Virus record (IMG/VR): IMGVR_UViG_3300036850_000087
Coordinates: 1 to 41,812 of that record
Direction: 5' to 3' (one strand)
DNA length: 41,812 nt
DNA from: a virus
Below are positions 31,727 to 39,113 of the stretch, piece by piece. Numbering within the stretch: position 1 is the stretch's first letter; every line of letters starts with the position of its first letter. The translations under genes were made by a program, and so were the position numbers. A model generated the notes under the pieces. It was not told the origin of the DNA, ran no database searches, and was given only the letters and a program-made list of their open reading frames with translations.

Positions 31727-32398
31727 TCACCACCAATCCCCGAGGGTGGGGGACGTGAAGGCCATCGACACATACGAAGCTTGGTCTGATGGGAGTCTCG
31801 TATGGCGGATCATGTCCTCCAACCGCTGCTCGTAGAGAAGCTGGGCGTCCCTCCAGCGGGTGTCCTTTGACTCTTTGCGTCTGGCTAGGACCTCGACGTA
31901 CAGAGGGATGAGGTCTTCCCACCCAGAAGGGATGTCGGCGGGGTCCTCAGGTGAGGAGAGCTTTCTGGGCAGGCGGTAGTAGTAGACGAGGAGCCCATCC
32001 TTGACCGTCGATGACGTTGAAGGGTAGACGTATATCTTCCCGTTGCCTGGATAGCCCCAGAACGTCCAGGTGTGAGGGTTGGAGCCCGCCACCTGACGGG
32101 AGTGGTACCAGATGTCATCGATGTTGTGGAAGGGGACGTAGTTCAGCAGGTAGGACGTAGAGGAGTCCTGGACGTATTCGACCTTGTGGATTCTCAGCAT
32201 GTCCGTAGGGGCTTCGTATTCGGCCTGGTTGGAGATGAGGGTGATGGCTTTAGTGGCCGGGAGGCATTCGGTCCTACGGGCTACGTCTCTTAGCCCCTCA
32301 TACACCCAGCGGTCCAGTTCGTCCTCGGTCCAGAACTCGGCGATCGTCTCGTCCAGGTGGCTTCTCACGTCGTCACGGAGGTCCTTAAGGGTCGTCAT
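31727..32398 (-). CDS. Head-tail adaptor / connector-like protein, putative
   Basis: 223 aa. The N-terminus LKDLRDDVRSHLDE....FWTEDELDRWVYEGLRDVARRT...Q.EY..P.D.LRI..V resembles phage adaptor proteins; position also supports this. Confidence 0.4.
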   Translation of the reverse strand: MTTLKDLRDDVRSHLDETIAEFWTEDELDRWVYEGLRDVARRTECLPATKAITLISNQAEYEAPTDMLRIHKVEYVQDSSTSYLLNYVPFHNIDDIWYHSRQVAGSNPHTWTFWGYPGNGKIYVYPSTSSTVKDGLLVYYYRLPRKLSSPEDPADIPSGWEDLIPLYVEVLARRKESKDTRWRDAQLLYEQRLEDMIRHTRLPSDQASYVSMAFTSPTLGDWW

Positions 32399-32474
32399 AC
32401 CTCAGGCCCGTAGTAGACGCGCAGCCGGAAGCGCCGGACGAACAGGAACACCAGCCAGGTCAGGAATCGACGTA

Positions 32475-32924
32475 TCACGCCTTCTCGTAGACCTCTCCGT
32501 CCTCTGATCTCCAGGTGTCGGGCAGCCCCCCTGTTTCGGGAAGTCCGAAGAAGCTCTCGGCGTGGACCCGGTCCTCATGGTGATCCGTCGAGACCTCGAA
32601 GAACACGCAGTTCGTAAGAGCCGTCACCCGATGGATGGCACCGGGGGGGATGTGGAAGCTCATACCTCTGGTCATGAGGATCTGATGAAGGGTCCCGTCC
32701 TCGGCGTATTCGACCTCAGCTTCACCTGAGGACAGGTAGAAGGTCTCGTCCTTCTCGACGTGGAACTGGAGTCCCCCCCTGGTCCCCTTCTTCATGAGCA
32801 GGAGCTTTCCGAGGTACCCGGGTCCCTCTCCTAGGATGACCTCCTTGCCCCACTCCCTCTCAAGCTCTATCGGGATGAACTCCTCGATGGTCTGAGAAGT
32901 ATCGACCCTGCGAGAAATCACCAA
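32475..32924 (-). CDS. Cupin domain protein of the mannose-6-phosphate isomerase type-II (PMI C-terminal) kind
   Basis: 149 aa. REWGKEVILGEGPGYLGKLLLMKKGTRGGLQFHVEKDETFYLSSGEAEV...IPPGAIHRV fits rpWG....l.....y.vK.l.v.pg..lSlQ.H..r.E.w.v..G.a. The TTG start overlaps the NeuB-like gene by 65 nt. Confidence 0.6.
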   Translation of the reverse strand: MVISRRVDTSQTIEEFIPIELEREWGKEVILGEGPGYLGKLLLMKKGTRGGLQFHVEKDETFYLSSGEAEVEYAEDGTLHQILMTRGMSFHIPPGAIHRVTALTNCVFFEVSTDHHEDRVHAESFFGLPETGGLPDTWRSEDGEVYEKA

Positions 32925-33909
32925 AGGAGATCAGCTCCTCTTCTTCAACGTCACGGACCAATGTCTTGCCGATGATTTCATGAACCGCAGACGGGTTCAG
33001 GCCGCCGCCGGGTGAGAGGAAGGCGATGTCTTCGGGCGTCATGACGTGGCCTGCTCTTAGACGTGTGCGGAAATAGCAGGCTTGCGACATCTTGAGGAGT
33101 GCGGTGTCCTCCTCGTCCAGGCGATGCTTCCTCCCATCCCCGACGGCGACCTCAGCGCGCCTGAGGTCCCTCACGAGTTTCTTCATGCCTTGAGGCTCCA
33201 GGGAGAAGGCGTGGTCGGTTCCCTTCCAGGTTCTATTCAGGGTGAAGTGCTTTTCGATGACCGTAGCCCCCAACAGATACGCAGCAAGGCTCATGGCAAT
33301 CCCCACGTCGTGTAAGGAGGCCCCTATCTCAATCTCCGGGAAATGCTCTCTAAGGGTCCTGATGACCCCCAGGTTCAACGTCTCATACGGAGCGGGGTAG
33401 ATGGCCGTGCATTGCATCAAAACGCTCAGGCAGCTTCCTGCGGCCTCTACGGCCCGTTCTACGTCCTCGAGGCTCCCACCCCCCGTAGAGACAACCAGGT
33501 TGGCTCCTGAATCAGCCGCATAGGAGATGAGGGGAAGGTTGGTCAATGACCCCGAGGCGATCTTGATGGAGCACACATTCAGCTCCCTCAGGAAATCAAC
33601 CGAGGGGATGTCGAAGGCCGTAACGAGGAACACCATCCCCAGTTCTTGGGTGAGGTCCTTGCAGGCCTGGTATTCGGTCTTGCCGAACTCCAAGGCCTCT
33701 CTGTGCTCCCCGTAGGTGGCTCCATATGCGTTCTCGGAGTTGTAGTAGGAGTCGTAGAAGCGCTTGGTGTAGAGGCTCTTGTTGTCCCGCTTCTGGAGCT
33801 TCACGGCATCCACACCGCATTCGGCAACCTTACGGATCATCTCTAGAGCCGTATCCAATGACCCCTGGTGGTTGTGGCCCAACTCAGCGATTACCGTGCA
33901 GCGCTTCAT
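32860..33909 (-). CDS. NeuB-family nonulosonic acid synthase (N-acetylneuraminate / pseudaminate / legionaminate / KDN-type) with a C-terminal SAF domain
   Basis: 349 aa. VIAELGHNHQGSLDTALEMIRKVAECGVDAVKLQKR (IAE.G.NH.G....A..mi..a...G.davK.Q), KIASG, VVSTGG and IEKHFTL. The SAF-like C-terminus is LRAGHVMTPEDIAFLSPGGGL.P....IIGKTLVRDV. Confidence 0.8.
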   Translation of the reverse strand: MKRCTVIAELGHNHQGSLDTALEMIRKVAECGVDAVKLQKRDNKSLYTKRFYDSYYNSENAYGATYGEHREALEFGKTEYQACKDLTQELGMVFLVTAFDIPSVDFLRELNVCSIKIASGSLTNLPLISYAADSGANLVVSTGGGSLEDVERAVEAAGSCLSVLMQCTAIYPAPYETLNLGVIRTLREHFPEIEIGASLHDVGIAMSLAAYLLGATVIEKHFTLNRTWKGTDHAFSLEPQGMKKLVRDLRRAEVAVGDGRKHRLDEEDTALLKMSQACYFRTRLRAGHVMTPEDIAFLSPGGGLNPSAVHEIIGKTLVRDVEEEELISFGDFSQGRYFSDHRGVHPDRA

Positions 33910-34160
33910 TTGCGCTTGCCTGTCCGCAGGTAGCTACGGATGGCCGAGTCGTAGTCCCTGGATGCCTTCTTACGGGAACGGCGCTTGTAGGCCTTCTCGG
34001 ACATGTAGCGGCCCGCTAGGTAGATGCGCTTAGAGGGGGTTGAAGGTTTTCGTCGGGCGGGGCGCTTCATGATGCGCTGGGCGGGACCGAACTCCTGGTT
34101 GTGAACGCTCTCCCAGACCCGGTAGTCCCTGGCTTCCCGATGAGTGGGTTTAGAGCTCAC
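33906..34160 (-). CDS. Small highly basic protein
   Basis: 84 aa, Arg/Lys-rich (RRKPSTPSKRIYLAGRYMSEKAYKRRSRKKASRDY). ATGA coupling to the NeuB-like gene. Confidence 0.55.
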   Translation of the reverse strand: MSSKPTHREARDYRVWESVHNQEFGPAQRIMKRPARRKPSTPSKRIYLAGRYMSEKAYKRRSRKKASRDYDSAIRSYLRTGKRK

Positions 34161-34518
34161 GCCAGTTCACATAGGAGGTCGTGAGCTCGGTGGAGTACAC
34201 CACCAACCCGACAAAGGGCAGGAGGCTGAGCACGATGGGCAGCAGGTTCGGTCCTTGAGAAGAGAAGCGAAGACCCAGGTCTACGGTGTCCTGGGAGATG
34301 TGGAAGCTCATGGTGTTGGTGGTGTCTGGCATGACGAGGATGTAGCGAGGAGGGGCGTTGGCGGAGAACGACGTGAAGTTGGTCGATGTGGTGATCCGAG
34401 CCTGCTTGCCGTAGAACGTGGCAGAAGAGTGGGTAACCGACATGACGTTGACATAGCTTGTCCCGGCCGTATCGGTCAGCGTGGTCCGGATGCTGATGTT
34501 GGCTGTGCCCATCGCCAC
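34150..34518 (-). CDS. Small Ser/Thr-rich virion protein, paralog of 34522..34881
   Basis: 122 aa. YILVMPDTTNTMSFHISQDTVDLGLRFSS parallels FVLLIPPSTNTFPYRLTGSTAEVGLPLSS. Confidence 0.6.
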   Translation of the reverse strand: MAMGTANISIRTTLTDTAGTSYVNVMSVTHSSATFYGKQARITTSTNFTSFSANAPPRYILVMPDTTNTMSFHISQDTVDLGLRFSSQGPNLLPIVLSLLPFVGLVVYSTELTTSYVNWREL

Positions 34519-34521
34519 CCA

Positions 34522-34881
34522 TCAATACGTGATGACCCGAAGCTGGAAGGTCGTTCCGGCCGTGGTGTAGACGTTGAAGGACGTACCGCCCGGAAGGGAC
34601 AGGAATGCGGGATCGACAGAGGACAAAGGAAGGCCGACCTCAGCCGTTGAACCCGTCAGCCGATACGGGAAGGTGTTTGTCGATGGCGGGATGAGCAGAA
34701 CGAACTTGGCCGAGGACAGCATGGAGAACGTCGTCGCCGTCCCCTGGGCCGTGGTGACCTGAACGTAGGTGATGGTGTTGGCCGCCGAGGAGTTCGAGGC
34801 CGCTATGGATAGCGAGTCGGTTCCACCCTCGGGAAGCCCGGTGACGGTGGACAGGATGGAGATCGAAGCTGTCGATGCCAT
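34522..34881 (-). CDS. Small Ser/Thr-rich virion protein, paralog of 34150..34518
   Basis: 119 aa. MASTASISILSTVTG.... See the paralog motifs. Confidence 0.6.
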   Translation of the reverse strand: MASTASISILSTVTGLPEGGTDSLSIAASNSSAANTITYVQVTTAQGTATTFSMLSSAKFVLLIPPSTNTFPYRLTGSTAEVGLPLSSVDPAFLSLPGGTSFNVYTTAGTTFQLRVITY

Positions 34882-35109
34882 CTAGCGGGCTCCGGACTTA
34901 CGACTCGCGTATCGAAGACCCTTGCGCTTGGCGGATCGGCGGAAGTGACGGTACAGACGCTTCACGCCTGAAACCTCACCGGGCGTGGTGTCCCGCTTTG
35001 TCTTAGCCAGATAACGCTGATAGCCCTTGGGGTTGCGGGCCAGCCTCCGGCCTAGAGCAGCTTGCCGACGACGGCCTGCCTTGGTTGGGTGCTTGTCGTA
35101 GCTGGGCAT
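34882..35109 (-). CDS. Small highly basic protein carrying the recurrent NPK..Y..Y basic motif
   Basis: 75 aa. GRRLARNPKGYQRYLAKTKRDTTP resembles the AFKNP(K/R)N..AY..Y modules of the two large internal proteins. Confidence 0.55.
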   Translation of the reverse strand: MPSYDKHPTKAGRRRQAALGRRLARNPKGYQRYLAKTKRDTTPGEVSGVKRLYRHFRRSAKRKGLRYASRKSGAR

Positions 35110-35453
35110 CAGGAAGTCTCCTCTTCGGGTTTGGGGACCTCGGGGGGCTTATAGCCCAGGGTCTTGAAGGACGGAGCCCATCGCTCGCAGGTGTCGGCGG
35201 GGTGGACCTTGCCGTCGTAGGGGCCGTCCACGATCTCACAAGCCATGGTTTCCCCGTCGTAGTGCATGCACGTCCCGCACAAAAACGGGAAGTCACCGTG
35301 GGTTTCGTAGCCGGCTTCCTCAGCCGACAGCTTTTCCTGGGCTTCCTCTTCGACCTCTTCGGTCTTGGTTAGGGCTTTGAGGATGTCGGCATCAAGGGGC
35401 CGTAGCTTCTCAGCCGTCTGGCCGACCGAATCGGGGCCGCCGAGCAGCCCCAC
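35109..35453 (-). CDS. Hypothetical acidic protein with a Cys cluster
   Basis: 114 aa with FLCGTCMHYDGETMAC. Confidence 0.55.
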   Translation of the reverse strand: MGLLGGPDSVGQTAEKLRPLDADILKALTKTEEVEEEAQEKLSAEEAGYETHGDFPFLCGTCMHYDGETMACEIVDGPYDGKVHPADTCERWAPSFKTLGYKPPEVPKPEEETS

Positions 35454-35455
35454 GG

Positions 35456-36013
35456 TTAGCCTTCCTCAGCGATGTCGGGCGTTTGGACCGAGGGCCTTTT
35501 AGCCCGTCTGGGGGAGGCTTGCTCGGGGGTGTCCTCCGGGACCTCAGGGACCTCGACGGGCGAGGACTCGAGCTCCTCGAGTCGTTCGGCCATGGCTTGC
35601 ATCTGGGAGTGCATGGTTCGGATCAGATCGTCGCGGTTGATGTCGGCCGGGTCCTCAGCCGTAAGGCTTTCGCCTTCGGGGTCCTCGATAACGGAAGGCA
35701 GAGGGGTTCCGTCCATCTCGAAGAGCTGCACGTGAGGGCGGTTCTTCGCCCAAAGACCCGGAGAATCCGATTCAAGAGCGGCGTGGGCACCGTACATCCC
35801 CTTGAGCCGGTAGAACTCGTTGCGGCGGGCGTCCCGCTCTTCTGGAAGCGGTGACATGGGGCGGTTGCGAAGGGTCCAATCCCCGAAGTGGATGCAGGCG
35901 GCCTCACGGTCCACGAAGGCTTCACCGTCTTTGGGGATGACGGTCACCTGGGAGTTGTAGGCGATGCGAAGGTTCGCCTTCCCGACGTTTCGTACACGGA
36001 TCAGATCAGCCAC
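35456..36013 (-). CDS. Hypothetical virion-module protein (185 aa)
   Basis: ORF in the operon with an acidic C-terminal tail. Confidence 0.55.
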   Translation of the reverse strand: MADLIRVRNVGKANLRIAYNSQVTVIPKDGEAFVDREAACIHFGDWTLRNRPMSPLPEERDARRNEFYRLKGMYGAHAALESDSPGLWAKNRPHVQLFEMDGTPLPSVIEDPEGESLTAEDPADINRDDLIRTMHSQMQAMAERLEELESSPVEVPEVPEDTPEQASPRRAKRPSVQTPDIAEEG

Positions 36014-36302
36014 GAACCGCTCTCCTTAGTCCTCGTTTGGTCTGACGCAGTTGCCGTTTCACCTGGTTGGCCTTGTAGCGTGCCGTGTCCTGAACCGGTC
36101 CCTTGCCGACGCCTGTGCGGTATTCGTTGCGGGCCGTCATCCACGCCTCGCGGGCTGTCTTGATACCGGCTCTGGCTGCCTGACGTTCGGCGCGGGTCTT
36201 CCCTGCACGGATCTTCTCCCAGCCCTCAGAGCGTGCCTTGAGCCAGGCGTCACGAGCGGCCTGGCGCTTGGTCTTGGACTCAGGAGTAGGAGCCGTCATC
36301 AA
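36006..36302 (-). CDS. Basic helical repeat protein (98 aa)
   Basis: Internal repeat RQAARDAWLKARSEGW / RQAARAGIKTAREAWMTARNEY. Confidence 0.55.
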   Translation of the reverse strand: MMTAPTPESKTKRQAARDAWLKARSEGWEKIRAGKTRAERQAARAGIKTAREAWMTARNEYRTGVGKGPVQDTARYKANQVKRQLRQTKRGLRRAVRG

Positions 36303-36865
36303 AGGGTCGAACCCGTGATGAGCTGGGCCTTGACCTGGACAGCCCCCCTCACGATGGTCGTGGTCAGATAGCCCGTAGTCCCAGTAGTCCCCGAGGTGTG
36401 GGCGAAGCCAGCCACCCCGAAGTAGGAGCCCGCCACCTGAGTTGAGGCCAGCGGCCCGAGGTATCCCCCACCGGCTGATCCCACCGTGGAGTTCGTGGTC
36501 CCCAGGACATCACCGTTGACCGTCCCAGAAGTCAGGAACGCACCAGCAACCGGTCCTGCAACACAAGCCAGGAACCACGCCCCCGAGGAAGCGTTGGAGG
36601 CGAGGTCTGTGGACTGACCTGTAGAAGCTGAGGTCAGAGCCACCCCTACGAAGAGCGGCGAGGCGTTGACCGTGGTGACGATGGCTCCTGTCCCATCCGT
36701 GGAGTTGGTCGATAGGACCACGGCCGCACCCTTGGGGATGGCGTTGGCCGAGGACATGTTGTGGAACGCCTGGATCGTCTGATGCCCGCGGACGTTCTCT
36801 TGGATCTCGTAGCCGAATGCTCCCTTGCGGTTAGAGAGGATTCCTGGTGCGCCTGTCCATGCCAT
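36299..36865 (-). CDS. Gly/Ser/Thr-rich head-associated protein (decoration-protein candidate)
   Basis: 188 aa, three genes downstream of the capsid gene. The beta-rich G/S/T composition gives a DUF2190-like impression only. Confidence 0.35.
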   Translation of the reverse strand: MAWTGAPGILSNRKGAFGYEIQENVRGHQTIQAFHNMSSANAIPKGAAVVLSTNSTDGTGAIVTTVNASPLFVGVALTSASTGQSTDLASNASSGAWFLACVAGPVAGAFLTSGTVNGDVLGTTNSTVGSAGGGYLGPLASTQVAGSYFGVAGFAHTSGTTGTTGYLTTTIVRGAVQVKAQLITGSTL

Positions 36866-36886
36866 GGTGTTCTCCTAGTGCTTGCG

Positions 36887-37204
36887 CTATTTCCCGACGA
36901 GGCGAAGATGAACCGGTAGAGCCAGTCCGTCCGAGGACCGGCGGATGATGATGCCGAAAGCGTTGGATGAGGGTCCTCCGGCCGTGGTGACCTCAACCCC
37001 GATGTGACCCAGCGAGGTCCAGGCCGCCCCGAAGATGGGGGCCGTAGACCTATAGGTCGCTACCACGGACTGCACGGTGCGGAAGTGCGGGGTCAGGACG
37101 GTGTCGGCCGTAGAGCCCCCAGCTGAGGACACATCGGCGAAAAGAACCCGGCGGTCACCCTGGACGGTCTGAGTAAAGGTCGTAGCTGAGGTTAAGTCCG
37201 CGAT
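36887..37204 (-). CDS. Ser/Thr-rich small protein with no canonical start codon (candidate ATC start, or re-initiation/frameshift product)
   Basis: A perfect AGGAGG (37219-37214) lies 9 nt upstream of the ATC at 37204. There is no in-frame ATG/GTG/TTG until the GTG at 37135 (aa 24). Downstream sequence: VVIADLTSATTFTQTVQG.... Confidence 0.45.
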   Translation of the reverse strand: MADLTSATTFTQTVQGDRRVLFADVSSAGGSTADTVLTPHFRTVQSVVATYRSTAPIFGAAWTSLGHIGVEVTTAGGPSSNAFGIIIRRSSDGLALPVHLRLVGK

Positions 37205-37206
37205 GA

Positions 37207-38121
37207 CTACGGCCCTCCTAGAGTTTTGGTTAGACGAAGGACAGCTTCGGCTGAAGTGGGCACGGCGTCGTCGGGTGAGCCTTGGCCGTCTGTCTTGGCT
37301 AACAGCGAACCTTCCATCGGCTCGCCCCGGTCCTGTGAGTTGCGGATTGGAGACTCTTCGGGCTCCTGGCCGTAGCCGACATCCGTGGGCATCGTCCAGT
37401 TGAGCTTGATGGACTCCATGGTTTCGATGGCCCCCGTGCACTTGGCGATCTCGCCCTGCACCTGTTGCAGATTGGCCATGAGCTGGTTCTGCTGGCCCAT
37501 GAACTCGATCTTCTTGGCGCGGGTCTGCTCGATCTGGACCTGGAGCTTGATGCGCAGAGGCGATGTGCTTGTCAGTCCGTAGATGGACACGGCCTTGCAC
37601 AGCGTCGAGGAGTCCGGGACGTAGACCTTGAACCCCATCGACTCGGCGATGCCGATGTAGTACTCCACGGCCGGCCTTTGGGAGGCGTACTCACTCGACG
37701 CCTGCATGTCGATGCCGAACAGCGCGATCTCACAATCCGGGTTGGCCACCCATTGGGACCGGCCGTTGATATCGACCTGGCAGGAGTTCTCGTAGATGGC
37801 CAGAGCCAGCATCCAGGCGATGGAGGAGGTGTAGTACATCCCGAAGCGGGCGAAGATCTCTTCTCTGGGCATGGCTACCGACGCCGGGAACTGAGGATTC
37901 ACATCCCACATGTAGATGGGGATCTTGGTCTGCTGCATGAACGGGATGTGATTGGGGTTTCGCCTTTTAGCTAGCCCCTCCAGGTGGTGAATCTCGAAGA
38001 TCCTGGTGACCCTCGGGACGTAGGCGTAGAGGTCGTTGACCCCCCAGATCTCCCAGGACTCATCGGCATACGGAGCCTGATTCCTGGAATCCGAGAAGCC
38101 GACGATGGCGATCTTTCTCAT
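37207..38121 (-). CDS. Candidate sialyltransferase/Maf(DUF115)-like glycosyltransferase, translationally coupled to the capsid gene; paralog of 22166..22801
   Basis: 304 aa. The ATG overlaps the capsid stop (TGATG). Motifs: RKIAIVGFSDS, WEIWGVND, YYTSSIAWMLALAIYE, EIALFGIDMQASSEY, VEYYIGIAESMGFKVYV. The C-terminus is a coiled coil. The motif order resembles GT42 (CstII: VIIAGNGPS...VFRCNQ...ITSGVYMCAVAIALGYKEIYLSGID) from memory. Confidence 0.45.
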   Translation of the reverse strand: MRKIAIVGFSDSRNQAPYADESWEIWGVNDLYAYVPRVTRIFEIHHLEGLAKRRNPNHIPFMQQTKIPIYMWDVNPQFPASVAMPREEIFARFGMYYTSSIAWMLALAIYENSCQVDINGRSQWVANPDCEIALFGIDMQASSEYASQRPAVEYYIGIAESMGFKVYVPDSSTLCKAVSIYGLTSTSPLRIKLQVQIEQTRAKKIEFMGQQNQLMANLQQVQGEIAKCTGAIETMESIKLNWTMPTDVGYGQEPEESPIRNSQDRGEPMEGSLLAKTDGQGSPDDAVPTSAEAVLRLTKTLGGP

Positions 38122-39113
38122 CAGGCGGCCAAAGCGGTCATGAGGCCTTGCAGCCGAATGTTGGTGAAAACTAAGTTCATCATCGTGAGGAGCTGTCCCA
38201 CGAAGGCGTCCTGGTTGGCGGGCTTGACGAAGTCCACGAAGACCATGTCCCGTCCCGGGTGGCAGACGAGCTCCATGAAGTCCTCGTTGAAGAAGTACAT
38301 GTGGTCGCCTGCCGTCCCAGCCCTGGTGGTGTTCACGTGGTCGTCAACGACCATCGGGACGTTGTTGTAGAGCAGGTTCGTGAATCCGGCCTGGGCTAGC
38401 TGCTCGTCGCGTCCCGTGGGCTCTGAGGGGAAGCGTTGCTGGACCTGGAGAAGGGACTGGAAGCGGTTGTAGTTGTTCTGGGTCGTAACGATGAGAGTCG
38501 GGTGTCTGGCTCCCGAGGTGACCGACCCGAAGACCGCCTGCATGGCGTTGAGCGTCAGGGTCGCTGTCGTGGTGTCAAGACCCCCAGCTCTTGGCTGCCA
38601 GAAGGCGTTGGTCGTGGTCCTCGCACCAAGACCCCCGTAGGTAGCGGCTACCGTTCCGTTGTCGATGGCTCCCTGGACCCCATCTATCTCCTTGGCGTCT
38701 GTGACGGCGTCCGAGAAGATGCCGGTTCCCAGGCGGTCCTCCATCTCCATACGTGCGGCCTGCCATTCCAGGTTGAGGATGTTGGCCGCAGACTCCGGGG
38801 AGTCGTTCTTCAGGAGCGTGGTTCCGTCGATGGTGACCGAGACGTACTTCTGCTTCCAGTCATAGGCCGCGTTCTTGACCTTGTCGGTGGGTGTGGTGTC
38901 CAGAAGGTCGAAGCCCGTGAAGTTTCCTGCGGCCGTGTTGCGGGCGTACAGCAGGGGGACCTCGATCTGCGTACCCCCCCTTACCGTCTTCTTGTTGGAG
39001 CGGTAGAGGCGGTAGAAGATGGGATTGCTGCCGTAGATCTGGTCGAACACGCTCGGGTAAATCCAACGACGGGTGATCGAGTTCAACTCATTAACGCCAA
39101 TGGGTGTTGCCAC
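38121..39113 (-). CDS. Major capsid protein (HK97-fold, podovirus-type), putative
   Basis: 330 aa with a GTG start preceded by GGAGG. It lies downstream of the scaffold-like gene, and its size and sequence character are typical of T7-like/P22-like capsid proteins. Confidence 0.7.
   Translation of the reverse strand: MATPIGVNELNSITRRWIYPSVFDQIYGSNPIFYRLYRSNKKTVRGGTQIEVPLLYARNTAAGNFTGFDLLDTTPTDKVKNAAYDWKQKYVSVTIDGTTLLKNDSPESAANILNLEWQAARMEMEDRLGTGIFSDAVTDAKEIDGVQGAIDNGTVAATYGGLGARTTTNAFWQPRAGGLDTTTATLTLNAMQAVFGSVTSGARHPTLIVTTQNNYNRFQSLLQVQQRFPSEPTGRDEQLAQAGFTNLLYNNVPMVVDDHVNTTRAGTAGDHMYFFNEDFMELVCHPGRDMVFVDFVKPANQDAFVGQLLTMMNLVFTNIRLQGLMTALAA

Noticed and set aside
36887-37600. The 237-aa version of the ORF downstream of the transferase-like gene
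   Set aside because: Its N-terminal 130 codons overlap 37207..38121 in another frame and read as Arg/His/Pro-rich nonsense. Only the part downstream of the upstream stop is kept, with a non-canonical start.
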